A DNA stretch of 64,000 nucleotides from an uncultured Planctomycetales bacterium (GCA_964428315.1 CAYRXT010000002.1:6859-70858); one strand, 5' to 3'; counted from the first letter of the stretch, positions 9,408 to 18,944 are shown. The notes: generated from the sequence alone by a model not told the origin. Program-made: numbers and translations.

Positions 9408-11365
9408 TCACGCTGGAGAACATTTCCAAAGATTACGACGGGCGGACCCTTTTGGATGACGTCACCCTGAGCCTGTTCCCCAACGAGAAGGTCGGCCTTA
9501 CCGGTCCGAACGGGGCGGGCAAGACCACGCTGTTTTCCATTATCCTCGGGGAGGTCCAGCCCAGCGGAGGGAGTGTGACGGTCCAGAAGAACATCCGCGC
9601 CGGTTATCTGCCGCAGGAGGCGCGGTTCGATTCGCGGCATTCGGTGCTTGAGGAGGTCTCGCGGGGCGACGACCACATGCGCCGGCTCCTTGCCGAAAAG
9701 AGGGAGCTGGAAGACGCGCACAAGGCGGACAGCATGCGTTACGGCGACATCCTCGCGGAACTGGAAACCCTGGGTCTCTACGAGCTCGAGCACCGCGCCG
9801 AGAAGGTCCTGGCCGGGCTGGGGTTCGCGCCCTCCGACATGGATCGGCCCGTCGCCTCGCTGAGCGGCGGCTGGCAGATGCGCACGCTCCTCGCCAAGCT
9901 CCTGGTCTATCCCTACGATATCCTGCTTCTCGACGAGCCGACCAACTACCTCGACCTGGACGCGACCCTGTGGCTGAAGGATTACCTGACCGGATACGCC
10001 GGGACCTTTGTCGTGATCTCGCACGACAAAGTTTTTCTGAACGACGTGACGAATTACACCATCGTCGTGGACTTCGGACAGCTGATCAAGGTGAAGGGGA
10101 ATTACGAGAATTATGAAAGGATGAAGGAGGGCCGGCTCCGGACCCTGGGGAAAAAAAAGAAACAGTTGGACAAAAGACGCCGGCAGCTCGAACGTTTCAC
10201 CCAGCGGTTCCACGCCCAGCCTAACCGGGCCTCGGCGGTACGCAACAAACGCAAGATGATCGAACGCATGGAAGACATCGAACTGCCTCGGGAGCGATCC
10301 AGCATCGAGGACTTCGAATTCATACAGACGCCCCGCAGCGGCTACACGGTGGCGCGTCTGGAGAATGTCGACAAATCCTTCGGGGATATCCGCGTCTACC
10401 GGGAATTGAACCTCGAGGTCTCACGGGGGCAGAAGCTCTGTCTGGTCGGCCCCAACGGGGCGGGCAAGTCCACGCTCCTGAAGATGATCGCCGGCGTTGT
10501 CCCGCCGGACGAGGGGCGGATCCAGCTCGGCCATAATGTCCAGCGCGGTTATTTTTCCCAGACGCGTCTCGACGTCCTGAATCCCCACCGCAACGTCCTG
10601 GAAGAGGTCTGCTCGGCGGCGTCGGGCAACGTCCCGGCGGTCAAGGTCCGCACGCTTCTGGGGGTCTTCCATTTCCAGGGGGACGACGTCTTCAAACCGG
10701 TCGGCGTTCTTTCCGGCGGGGAGAAGAGCCGGGTGATCCTGGCGAAGCTCCTCGTGAATCCGCCCAACTTTATCCTGCTGGACGAGCCGACGACGCACCT
10801 GGATATCGACGGGGTGGAGGCCCTGACCCGCGCCTTCCGGGACTATCAGGGGACGCTGTGTTTCATCAGCCACGACCTGTTCTTTGTCCGCGAGATCGCC
10901 AACACCATCATCGAGGTCCGGGACGGGCAGACCCGGCATTATCCCGGCGGCTTGAACTATTATCTCGACAAGAAGGCCGGCCGGGAGGCGCAGGCCTCGC
11001 GGGTCCGGGAAGGGAAAAAGAAGGAAGAGAAAAGGATCAAGAAGGAAGCCCGGCGCGCGGAGCGCGAGAAGACCAGCGCCGTCACCGAGGCTTTGCACCG
11101 GCAACACCGCGAGGCCAAGAGACGCATCGCCGCTATCAAGAAAGAGGTCCGGGACCTGGAGAACGAGAAAAACGAGCTGGAGACCGAAAACTACGTGAAG
11201 GCGCGGGTGATTTCCAGTCCGTCCGGGCGCCGGGACGGAGAATTGTTGAAAGAATACGGAGAGAGGTTAAAATATATTCAGCGGAGGCTGAGGGCTGTCG
11301 AGCGCACGATCGGTGACCTGAACGCGGAAAAGGAGTCCATCGAGAAAGGACAAAACGCCAAATGA
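9404..11365 (+). CDS. ABC-F family ATPase (two ABC domains plus a C-terminal coiled coil, Uup-like)
   Basis: Two Walker A motifs ('GPNGAGKT' twice), two signature motifs ('LSGGWQ' and 'LSGGEK'), and a charged C-terminal coiled coil. TTG start. Confidence 0.85.
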   Translation: MITLENISKDYDGRTLLDDVTLSLFPNEKVGLTGPNGAGKTTLFSIILGEVQPSGGSVTVQKNIRAGYLPQEARFDSRHSVLEEVSRGDDHMRRLLAEKRELEDAHKADSMRYGDILAELETLGLYELEHRAEKVLAGLGFAPSDMDRPVASLSGGWQMRTLLAKLLVYPYDILLLDEPTNYLDLDATLWLKDYLTGYAGTFVVISHDKVFLNDVTNYTIVVDFGQLIKVKGNYENYERMKEGRLRTLGKKKKQLDKRRRQLERFTQRFHAQPNRASAVRNKRKMIERMEDIELPRERSSIEDFEFIQTPRSGYTVARLENVDKSFGDIRVYRELNLEVSRGQKLCLVGPNGAGKSTLLKMIAGVVPPDEGRIQLGHNVQRGYFSQTRLDVLNPHRNVLEEVCSAASGNVPAVKVRTLLGVFHFQGDDVFKPVGVLSGGEKSRVILAKLLVNPPNFILLDEPTTHLDIDGVEALTRAFRDYQGTLCFISHDLFFVREIANTIIEVRDGQTRHYPGGLNYYLDKKAGREAQASRVREGKKKEEKRIKKEARRAEREKTSAVTEALHRQHREAKRRIAAIKKEVRDLENEKNELETENYVKARVISSPSGRRDGELLKEYGERLKYIQRRLRAVERTIGDLNAEKESIEKGQNAK

Positions 11366-11763
11366 CAATGAAACGCAAGATGATGCTGCTTTGCGCGGTT
11401 TTCGTTTTTTCTTCCGGCTGCGGCTACCTGGCCCACATGCGGGAACTGCTCACGCTCAAGAGGCTGTCCCAGAACCAGGATGAGCAGGAGAAGTTCGTCG
11501 AGGAGACGGATAAGCATTTCGAGGAACTGATGGAGGCGGTCCGCTCGGGAGCGATCGGGGATTACGAGGACCAGGAGGCCGTCCGCCGGGCGTTCGGCGA
11601 GCCCATCTACGTCGAGGAGCTTCCTCCGGGCGGACCGGCGCGGGAAAAATGGCTTTACCGCTACGCCGTCCATTACGACCGGGAGAAGGTGTATCTCTTT
11701 TTCGACGGGGATGGCGGGCTGTCGGACTGGACGCTGGTGCCGGCTCAAAGAGGAGGAGAATGA
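11362..11763 (+). CDS. Hypothetical lipoprotein
   Basis: Signal peptide with lipobox 'VFSSGC'. Confidence 0.5.
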   Translation: MTMKRKMMLLCAVFVFSSGCGYLAHMRELLTLKRLSQNQDEQEKFVEETDKHFEELMEAVRSGAIGDYEDQEAVRRAFGEPIYVEELPPGGPAREKWLYRYAVHYDREKVYLFFDGDGGLSDWTLVPAQRGGE

Positions 11764-12056
11764 TGAGAGGGATCACCGTTGAGAGGATTTCCGGGGATAA
11801 AAAGAGGGAAATGAACATACCGGAGGAGCCGGCCGATACCGCGGAGTGGTCGACGTGGGAATGCGGCCCGTCCGCCTTCGACTGGCATTACAGCGACACG
11901 GAGGTCGCTTACGTGTACGAGGGGCGGGTCGTGGTCAGGACGGCGGGGGGGGAAGAGATCGAGGTCAGGGCCGGCGACCTCGTCACGTTCCCCGAGGGGC
12001 TGGACTGCACCTGGCAGGTCAAAGAGAAGATAAAGAAAGTTTATTGTTTCCGTTAA
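11760..12056 (+). CDS. Small cupin (DUF861/cupin_3, EutQ-like)
   Basis: 'WECGPSAFDWHY...GDLVTFPEGLDCTWQVKE'. A GGAGGAG RBS sits upstream. ATGATG overlap with the upstream stop. Confidence 0.7.
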   Translation: MMRGITVERISGDKKREMNIPEEPADTAEWSTWECGPSAFDWHYSDTEVAYVYEGRVVVRTAGGEEIEVRAGDLVTFPEGLDCTWQVKEKIKKVYCFR

Positions 12057-12101
12057 AGGTAAAGGAAGAACGGAAGAGTTGAGCGCGGGGGACGAAGGAT
12101 T

Positions 12102-12245
12102 ATGGGAAAACGTTCAAAGAGACAGAAGTACAAGCTGGACCCGAAGAAGTTCGAGGCCGGTGGTTCGCAAAAAAAGGAAAAGGACCCGAAGGGCGAGGAT
12201 CTCTTCAACGAGGCCCTGCGCGGCAAACCCGGCCGGCGCAGGTAG
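12102..12245 (+). CDS. Putative 47-aa lysine-rich small protein (MGKRSKRQKYKLDPKKFEAGGSQKKEKDPKGEDLFNEALRGKPGRRR)
   Basis: Not in the ORF track because it is under 60 aa. GC3 is clearly higher than in the overlapping 12079 frame. GAAGGA sits 6 nt upstream of the ATG. Confidence 0.35.
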   Translation: MGKRSKRQKYKLDPKKFEAGGSQKKEKDPKGEDLFNEALRGKPGRRR

Positions 12246-12266
12246 GCGCCGCGGGGGTGCGACCTG

Positions 12267-12285
12267 TTCCACCTCGTAGGTGGAA
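12267..12285. repeat. 19-bp palindromic element TTCCACC-TCGTA-GGTGGAA (copy 1)
   Basis: Read directly from the sequence. The reverse-complement copy is at 12981-12999. Confidence 0.7.
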
Positions 12286-12335
12286 ATGGTTGGCGCTGAT
12301 TCTATCATTCTGATCAAAACAATCCTGTCGCGGAC

Positions 12336-13037
12336 ATGAACCAGGAAAAAGACCTCAAGAAACTGCTTCCCGATTTCTACCGGCGGCTGTTCAGGCGTTT
12401 CGGGCCGCAGGGGTGGTGGCCGGGCCGCACCCGCCTGGAGATTATCGTCGGGGCCGTCCTTACCCAGAACACCAGCTGGGCCAACGTGGAGCGGGCGATA
12501 CGAAACCTGCGAAAGGCCGGACTGCTGAACTATCAGGCCTTAATCCGGGCGCGGACCGGGGATATCGCCCGGGCGCTCCGGCCAGCCGGTTACTTTAATA
12601 TCAAGACCCGCCGGCTGAAAAATATTCTGGATTACCTCGAGACGCGTTACCGGGGCGACCTCGGGCGGATGGCGCGCCGGGACACCGCGGTACTGCGCGA
12701 TGAACTGCTGGCCGTCAACGGGATCGGGCCGGAGACCGCGGATTCCATCTTGCTTTACGCCTTCGGCCGTCCGGTCTTTGTCGTCGACGCCTACACGAAA
12801 AGGATACTTGAGCGCCACGGGTTGACCAGCGGTCCGGCGGATTATCATGGCGTCCAGGCGCTGTTTTCGGACAACCTGAAGGGAAGCGCGGCGTTGTTCA
12901 ACGAATACCACGCCCTGATCGTGCGCGCGGGCAAGGATTTCTGCCGGAGCCGGCCGCTCTGCGCGGGATGCCCGCTTGAGTTCCACCTACGAGGTGGAAC
13001 GGGTCGGGTTAGGCTGGTAGACCATGCCCACACTTAA
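12336..13037 (+). CDS. Endonuclease III-related HhH-GPD protein (COG2231-like), atypical C-terminus
   Basis: N-terminus 'RRFGPQGWWPGRTRLEIIVGAVLTQNTSWANVERA' is typical of the family. The C-terminal Cys motif is incomplete (C-x5-C-x2-CPL, then no 4th Cys). Confidence 0.7.
   Translation: MNQEKDLKKLLPDFYRRLFRRFGPQGWWPGRTRLEIIVGAVLTQNTSWANVERAIRNLRKAGLLNYQALIRARTGDIARALRPAGYFNIKTRRLKNILDYLETRYRGDLGRMARRDTAVLRDELLAVNGIGPETADSILLYAFGRPVFVVDAYTKRILERHGLTSGPADYHGVQALFSDNLKGSAALFNEYHALIVRAGKDFCRSRPLCAGCPLEFHLRGGTGRVRLVDHAHT
12981..12999. repeat. 19-bp palindromic element TTCCACC-TACGA-GGTGGAA (copy 2), inside the 3' end of the Endo III-like ORF
   Basis: Exact reverse complement of the copy at 12267-12285. 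Confidence 0.7.
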
Positions 13038-15753
13038 CGAAAAATTTCTGGAGGCGTGCCGCAAAGGCGGCGGCAGAGAGGTCTTTATCCGGATTTCGGA
13101 AGGCTCCCGGGAGACGTGCACCTACACGGAACTCAAAGACCGCGCGGTCAGTGTCGCCGCCTGGCTCAGAGGGCAGGGATTTAAAAAGGGCGGACGCGTG
13201 ATGATCGTCATGGACAACGGACCCGAATGGGTCATGGTCTATTTCGGGATACTCCTTGCCGGGGGCGTCTGCGTACCCCTGGACCCGCAGACCGGGCTGG
13301 AAGATGTCCAGGGCTTCATCAAGGACGCCGGCGCCAGGATGTGTTTCTGTTCCGGGAAGACGTTCGGGAAATGGTCCGGAAAGCCGTCCGGGATCGATCA
13401 TCTTGTGCGCTGCGGCGGACGGCAAAAAGAAGACGGGATCCTGTCCCTCGAGGAGGTGTTCGCATCGGGCGGGAGGGAGGCGGACGCCAAACTTCCCCCC
13501 GTCCAGGAAGGTGACACGGCGGCCGTCCTCTATTCATCGGGCACGACCTCCGACCCCAAGGGGGTCGAACTGAGCCACCGGAATTTCTGGTCCAATTACC
13601 GGAGCATCCACAACCTCCATATCTGCTCGTCGAGTGACGTCTTTATTGATATCCTGCCGCTGTTCCACGCCTACGCCTTTATGGCCAGCCTGGTAGTCCC
13701 CTTTTTCGAGGGCGCCCGCGTCGTCTTTCCGGCCTCCATGCAAAGCGAGGTCATCCTCGAAGCGGTGCGCGCCGGAGGGGTCACGATCCTCGTCGGGGTC
13801 CCGGAACTGTTCAATAAAATTCACCGGTCTATCCTCCAGAAGGTCCGGGGCTTGTCCGCGCCCAAGCGGGCTCTCCTGAAAATCGCCGGCGGGCTGGGAT
13901 GGGCGATTCGCCGGACGACAGGGGTCAACCTGTTAAGGGCGGTTTACCACCCTGTCCATCAGCGATTCGGGAACAAGCTGCGTTATATGATCAGCGGCGG
14001 CGCGCGCCTGGATCCCGGCGTGGCCGGGGACTTCCAGCGTCTCGGTTTTCGGATCATCGAAGGATACGGCCTGACCGAGACATCGCCCATCGTGAGCCTG
14101 AACCCGCCGGAACGTCCCAGGATCGGGTCGGCGGGCAGGCCCCTGCGCGAAGTGGAGGTGCGCATCGCCGAGCGCGAAGAGTCCGGTCACGGCGAGATTC
14201 TGGTCCGGGGCGAGAACGTGATGAAGGGCTATTACGGTAAACCCCGTTTGACGCGGGAGAGCGTCCGCGCCGGATGGTTCCACACCGGCGATCTGGGTTA
14301 TCTGGACAGGGACGGCTATCTTTTTATCAGCGGCCGGAAGAAAGAGGTCATCGTCCTGGGGTCGGGAAAGAACATCTTTCCCGACGAGATCGAGAAACAG
14401 TACCTGAAAAGCCCGGTGATCGCGGAGCTGGGCGTTTTCTTATCGGAGAAGAAGGGCGACGAGGGCCTGCGCGCGGTGGCGGTGCCGGATTTCGAACATT
14501 TCCGTGAAAGCGGCCAGGTGAACATCCGCGAAAAGATCAAATGGGATATTGAGAACATTTCCCGGGAGATGCCCAGCTACAAACGGATCAACGGATTTGT
14601 TATTTCCAAAGAAGAACTGCCGAAGACCAGGCTCGGCAAGATCAAGCGTTATCATCTCCCCGCGATTTACGATGACTGGAGGGAGAAGAGCTCCCGGGAA
14701 GACACGGACGAAGGAACCGTGCATTCCGCCATTAGTCAAAGCGCCGTCGGACAGGAGGTCATCTCGTTTCTTAAGGAAGAGCTGGAGATCAGCCGGCCAT
14801 TGCGGTCCGACGACCACCTGGAGCTCGATCTGGGGATCGATTCGCTGACGCGCGTCGAACTGCTGTCCGCGCTCGAAAAGAGGTTCCAGGTCCGCGTTCC
14901 CGATGAGGCCATGGTGGAGATCACGAACCTCGAAGACCTGATCGTCAAGATCGAGACCCTGCGCAAGACGGGCGGGCTCAAAGGCCCGAAGGCGAAGCGA
15001 TCGGAAAGCGATTACTGGCAGGAGGTGCTCTTTTCAGAGTTGCCGGAGGAGGCGAGACGCAAGGCCGATCTCTCGCCCTCGCGGTTCAACCGGGCGGTGA
15101 GTCTTGTCCTGAAAAATGTCATCTGGGGGGTCTTCAAGGCGTGCGGACGGATTCAGGTTTTTGGACGGGAGCGGATCCCGCGGGCGGGCCCATGCATTTT
15201 CGTCTGCAACCACAGCAGTTATCTCGACGCCTTCGCGGTGATCGCCGGCCTGCCCTTCGAGACGGCCCTGCAGACGTATTTCATAGGGACGAGGGACATC
15301 TTTGAACACCGGGCCATCCGCTGGGCCAACCGTTTCATCCGGGTCATCACGATCGATTCGGCCGCCGAGCTGATCAAGTCCATGCAGGCTTCCAGTTACG
15401 TCCTTCGCGACGACAAGATCCTCTGCCTGTTCCCGGAGGGACAGCGCTCCATCGACGGGCGCGTACAGCCTTTCAAAAAGGGCATCGGGATCCTAGGGAA
15501 AGAACTGGGCGTCAGGATCGTCCCGGTGGCCGTATGGGGCACGCACCGCGCCTGGCCGCGCGGGGTGCGTTTTCCCCGTCCGCACGCCATACGGGTGGCT
15601 TTCGGTGAATCCGTCGAACCGAAGGCATTGCTGGAGAAAGAGGGTTCTCCCGAGGGAGGGAAGGCCTACCAGGCCATCACCGGACGCCTGCAGGACATCG
15701 TCATCGATCTGTATGACGGCCTCCGACGTGCGGACAGGGACGGGACGCGATGA
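13024..15753 (+). CDS. Tri-domain fusion: AMP-dependent acyl synthetase/ligase, acyl-carrier (PP-binding) domain, and PlsC-type lysophospholipid acyltransferase
   Basis: AMP-binding 'YSSGTTSDPKGVELSH'. Carrier domain 'LDLGIDSLTRVELLSALE' carrying the DSL serine. Acyltransferase motifs 'CNHSSYLD' (HX4D) and 'FPEGQRS'. Confidence 0.8.
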   Translation: MPTLNEKFLEACRKGGGREVFIRISEGSRETCTYTELKDRAVSVAAWLRGQGFKKGGRVMIVMDNGPEWVMVYFGILLAGGVCVPLDPQTGLEDVQGFIKDAGARMCFCSGKTFGKWSGKPSGIDHLVRCGGRQKEDGILSLEEVFASGGREADAKLPPVQEGDTAAVLYSSGTTSDPKGVELSHRNFWSNYRSIHNLHICSSSDVFIDILPLFHAYAFMASLVVPFFEGARVVFPASMQSEVILEAVRAGGVTILVGVPELFNKIHRSILQKVRGLSAPKRALLKIAGGLGWAIRRTTGVNLLRAVYHPVHQRFGNKLRYMISGGARLDPGVAGDFQRLGFRIIEGYGLTETSPIVSLNPPERPRIGSAGRPLREVEVRIAEREESGHGEILVRGENVMKGYYGKPRLTRESVRAGWFHTGDLGYLDRDGYLFISGRKKEVIVLGSGKNIFPDEIEKQYLKSPVIAELGVFLSEKKGDEGLRAVAVPDFEHFRESGQVNIREKIKWDIENISREMPSYKRINGFVISKEELPKTRLGKIKRYHLPAIYDDWREKSSREDTDEGTVHSAISQSAVGQEVISFLKEELEISRPLRSDDHLELDLGIDSLTRVELLSALEKRFQVRVPDEAMVEITNLEDLIVKIETLRKTGGLKGPKAKRSESDYWQEVLFSELPEEARRKADLSPSRFNRAVSLVLKNVIWGVFKACGRIQVFGRERIPRAGPCIFVCNHSSYLDAFAVIAGLPFETALQTYFIGTRDIFEHRAIRWANRFIRVITIDSAAELIKSMQASSYVLRDDKILCLFPEGQRSIDGRVQPFKKGIGILGKELGVRIVPVAVWGTHRAWPRGVRFPRPHAIRVAFGESVEPKALLEKEGSPEGGKAYQAITGRLQDIVIDLYDGLRRADRDGTR

Positions 15754-15932
15754 CCTGGAGTTCCCAAAACAGCGGGGGCATAACAAGGTTTCTCCATCCG
15801 CATCGCTTCGTGCACAGAAGGCAAACTTCACGGACAATAGGTTGTTCATGATTCGAGGTGTGTGTTATAGTATAGCGTCAGGATTGACGGAAAAGAAGAA
15901 ACGGAAGGCAATATCCCCAACGGAGAGAGACG

Positions 15933-17285
15933 ATGCTTCTTCTGCAACCCCTTTATGAACAGCTTCTGGCTTCCATCCAGCAGACTGAACAAAAGCCGGT
16001 TAAGTCGGTCTGGGGAAAAGGGACGGCCAGAAAAGCGCCGGACCAGGGCGCCCGGGAACAGGGCCTGACCAGCAAGGTGGCCAATATGATTCTTTCCCAG
16101 GGTGTTGAAGGCCGCGCCAGCGATATCCATCTGGAACAGAACGCGGGCGGTCTCAAGGTCCGTTACCGGATCGACGGTATCCTTTATGACGTCCTGGAGA
16201 TCGAGGCCGGCAACGCCCTGCCGGTGATCGCCCGGATCAAAGTCATTGCCAACCTGCCCACGGACATGATGAGCACGCGCCGGCCCATGGACGGGCGTTT
16301 CACCATGCGCAGCGGCGATCAGAATATCGATTTCCGCGTCAGCACTTTCCCGACGATCGAAGGGGAGAAGATGGTCATCCGCATCCTCCAGAAAGATCTG
16401 GATCTTTACTGTCTGGAAAGGATCGGGCTCCACCAGGACGATTTGCTGCGCGTGGCCAGGATGCTGAAACGGCGCGAAGGCCTGATCCTGGTCACGGGAC
16501 CGACGGGGTGCGGCAAGACCACGACACTGTACGCTATCCTTAACCAGCTGAACTCTCCCAAACGGAACATCCTGACGCTGGAAGACCCGGTCGAATACCG
16601 GATCTCCGGCATTAACCAGTGCGATATCCAGGTCAAGGCGGAATTCGATTTTGCCGAGGGCCTGAAGGCGGCCCTGCGGCAGGACCCCGACATCATCTTT
16701 GTCGGCGAGGTGCGTGACTCAGAGACCGCTGAGATCGCCCTGCGGGCTTCCCTGACGGGACACCTGGTGTTAAGCACGCTGCACGCCAACAGCGCCGTCG
16801 GGACCATGATCCGGCTGATCAATATGGGGCTGCAGTCGCACCTAGTGACCTATTCCCTGATCGGATCGATCTCACAGCGTCTTGTACGCAAGATCTGCAC
16901 GGCGTGCCGCAGGTCCTATACCCCGAACGCTGGCGAGTCCGCCATGCTGCAGATGATCGAGGAAGAACGGCAGGCGAAAAAGAAGGAGGATGAGGCCGTG
17001 TTGGAATACGAGACGGCGGGTCAGGAGACGCAGGTCAAAGGTTTCTTTAAAGGAGAAGGATGTCCGGAATGCGGGGGAACGGGATATAAGGGACGCCTTG
17101 GTCTTTTTGAGATCGTTATGATGGACAACGAACTGAGGGACGCCCTCTTGAGGGGCGCCACCACCTCGGAATTGCAGGAGGTCGTGGAACGCGGCGGCAC
17201 CCGCCCGATCGTGGTGGACGGGGTCCGGAAGGCCCGCCAGGGTCTGACAACCCTGGAGGAGGTTTTTGCCACGGCGGCGGACTGA
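15933..17285 (+). CDS. GspE/PilB-family secretion/pilus ATPase (N2 plus C-terminal domain, no N1 domain)
   Basis: Walker A 'GPTGCGKTT', Asp/His boxes, and a tetracysteine 'CTACRR...CPECGG'. Confidence 0.8.
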   Translation: MLLLQPLYEQLLASIQQTEQKPVKSVWGKGTARKAPDQGAREQGLTSKVANMILSQGVEGRASDIHLEQNAGGLKVRYRIDGILYDVLEIEAGNALPVIARIKVIANLPTDMMSTRRPMDGRFTMRSGDQNIDFRVSTFPTIEGEKMVIRILQKDLDLYCLERIGLHQDDLLRVARMLKRREGLILVTGPTGCGKTTTLYAILNQLNSPKRNILTLEDPVEYRISGINQCDIQVKAEFDFAEGLKAALRQDPDIIFVGEVRDSETAEIALRASLTGHLVLSTLHANSAVGTMIRLINMGLQSHLVTYSLIGSISQRLVRKICTACRRSYTPNAGESAMLQMIEEERQAKKKEDEAVLEYETAGQETQVKGFFKGEGCPECGGTGYKGRLGLFEIVMMDNELRDALLRGATTSELQEVVERGGTRPIVVDGVRKARQGLTTLEEVFATAAD

Positions 17286-17665
17286 TGAAACGAATAGAAA
17301 TAAAAATTCATGATATACGCCTGGAGGCAGTCCTCAACGGTTCCTCAACCTCGGGACGGATATGGGACGCCCTCCCTATCAAATCCGTGACCAGCACATG
17401 GGGAGACGAGATCTATTTTCCGATACCGGTCAAGGCCGGTATCGAGGAAGGGTTCAACCAGGAGACCGTGGAGATCGGGGATATCGCGTTTTGGCCCGAG
17501 GAGAGCTGTTTTTGCCTGTTTTTCGGGCCCACGCCGGTCAGCGGTCACGGCGAGATCCGTCCGGCAAGCGCGGTGAATGTGGTCGGAAAGATCGAAGGGG
17601 ATTGGGAGCTGCTGAAAAAGATCCAGCCGGACCAGACGGTAGTCATCGACGAGTTAAGGGAGTAG
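17285..17665 (+). CDS. Cyclophilin-like fold protein (DUF3830, TM1367-like)
   Basis: 126-aa beta-rich protein resembling the TM1367 family. Its start overlaps the GspE-like stop (TGATG). Confidence 0.5.
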   Translation: MKRIEIKIHDIRLEAVLNGSSTSGRIWDALPIKSVTSTWGDEIYFPIPVKAGIEEGFNQETVEIGDIAFWPEESCFCLFFGPTPVSGHGEIRPASAVNVVGKIEGDWELLKKIQPDQTVVIDELRE

Positions 17666-17669
17666 TCAA

Positions 17670-18944
17670 GTGGACATGATCTTGGCGTTAATCATTGTCT
17701 TGCAGGTGGCCTTGGGTGTCGCCTTGGCGTTAATCCTTGTCCGGATAAGAGGCGTGGACCGGTTTTCCGGCGGGATGGCCGCCTTGAAGGAAAATCAGGA
17801 GCGGATCGAGCGCGTTGTCAAAGATGAGATCGCCCGGAATCGCGAGGAGACCCAGGCGAGCGCCCGCCAGGCCAGAGAAGAAACGAATGCCGTCCTGAAA
17901 AATCAGCTTGACACCTTTTCTAGGCAGCTTCTGGACTTGACCCAGATGAATGAAAAGAAACTGGAAAACATAAGAGAGACGGTAGAAAAGAGGCTGGTCT
18001 TTCTGCAGGAAGACAACACGAAAACGCTTGAAAAGATGCGCGAGACCGTGGACGAAAAACTCCATGCGACCCTGGAGCGGAGGCTCGGGGAGTCTTTCAG
18101 GCTGGTCAGCGAACGCCTCGAACTGGTCCACAAAGGTCTCGGCGAGATGCAGTCGCTGGCAACAGGGGTGGGGGATTTGAAGAAGGTCCTGACAAATATC
18201 AAGGTGCGAGGGACATGGGGAGAAATCCAGCTGGGCAATATCCTTGAAGAGATGCTGACACCGGAACAGTTCCTGAAAAATGTGGCCACAAAAAAAGGAA
18301 GTAAAATGACCGTCGAGTACGCGGTGAAACTGCCGGGCAATGATGACCACACGGTCCTTTTGCCCATTGACGCCAAGTTCCCCAGGGAAGACTACGAACG
18401 TCTGCTGGACGCCCAGGAGAAGGCGGACCGCGACGCGGTCGAAGAATACGCCAAGGCGCTCGAAAACCGGATTAAGGCCGAGGCCAAAGATATTCGGGAT
18501 AAGTATCTGGATCCGCCGAACACCACGGATTTCGGCATCCTCTTCCTTCCCATTGAGGGGCTTTACGCCGAGGTCCTGCGCCGGCCGGGACTGCAGGACA
18601 ACATCCGGCGTGACTACCGGGTGGCCATCGCCGGCCCGACGACAATTTCCGCCTTTTTGAACAGCCTGCAGATGGGGTTCCGTTCCCTGGCCATCGAAAA
18701 GCGGGCCAGTGATGTCTGGCAGATCCTGGGGAGCATCAAGACGGAATTCGGAAAGTTTGGTGATATTCTGGAAAAGACGCATAAAAAAATCCAGGAGGCC
18801 GGCAATACGATTGAAAACGCCGCCAGGAAATCCAGAAACATAGAACGGAAACTGAAAAGGGTGCAGTCCATGCCGGACAAAAGTGAGGCGCCGCTTATGA
18901 TCGATTCGGTTGAAGTCAAATTGAAGGATGAGGAAGATGAATGA
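17670..18944 (+). CDS. rmuC: DNA recombination protein RmuC
   Basis: N-terminal TM helix, long coiled coil, and a C-terminal RmuC region 'GTWGEIQLGNILEE...LPIDAKFP'. Confidence 0.8.
   Translation: MDMILALIIVLQVALGVALALILVRIRGVDRFSGGMAALKENQERIERVVKDEIARNREETQASARQAREETNAVLKNQLDTFSRQLLDLTQMNEKKLENIRETVEKRLVFLQEDNTKTLEKMRETVDEKLHATLERRLGESFRLVSERLELVHKGLGEMQSLATGVGDLKKVLTNIKVRGTWGEIQLGNILEEMLTPEQFLKNVATKKGSKMTVEYAVKLPGNDDHTVLLPIDAKFPREDYERLLDAQEKADRDAVEEYAKALENRIKAEAKDIRDKYLDPPNTTDFGILFLPIEGLYAEVLRRPGLQDNIRRDYRVAIAGPTTISAFLNSLQMGFRSLAIEKRASDVWQILGSIKTEFGKFGDILEKTHKKIQEAGNTIENAARKSRNIERKLKRVQSMPDKSEAPLMIDSVEVKLKDEEDE

Noticed and set aside
12079-12279. 66-aa ORF from the track (MSAGDEGLWENVQ...).
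   Set aside because: It has lower third-position GC than the overlapping 47-codon frame at 12102-12245. Its translation is Arg-rich junk and it runs through the palindromic element.
12267-12999. Calling the palindrome-flanked segment an IS element or transposon.
   Set aside because: There is no transposase, integrase or target-site duplication. Only two short self-complementary repeats are present, so it is reported as a repeat or finding only.
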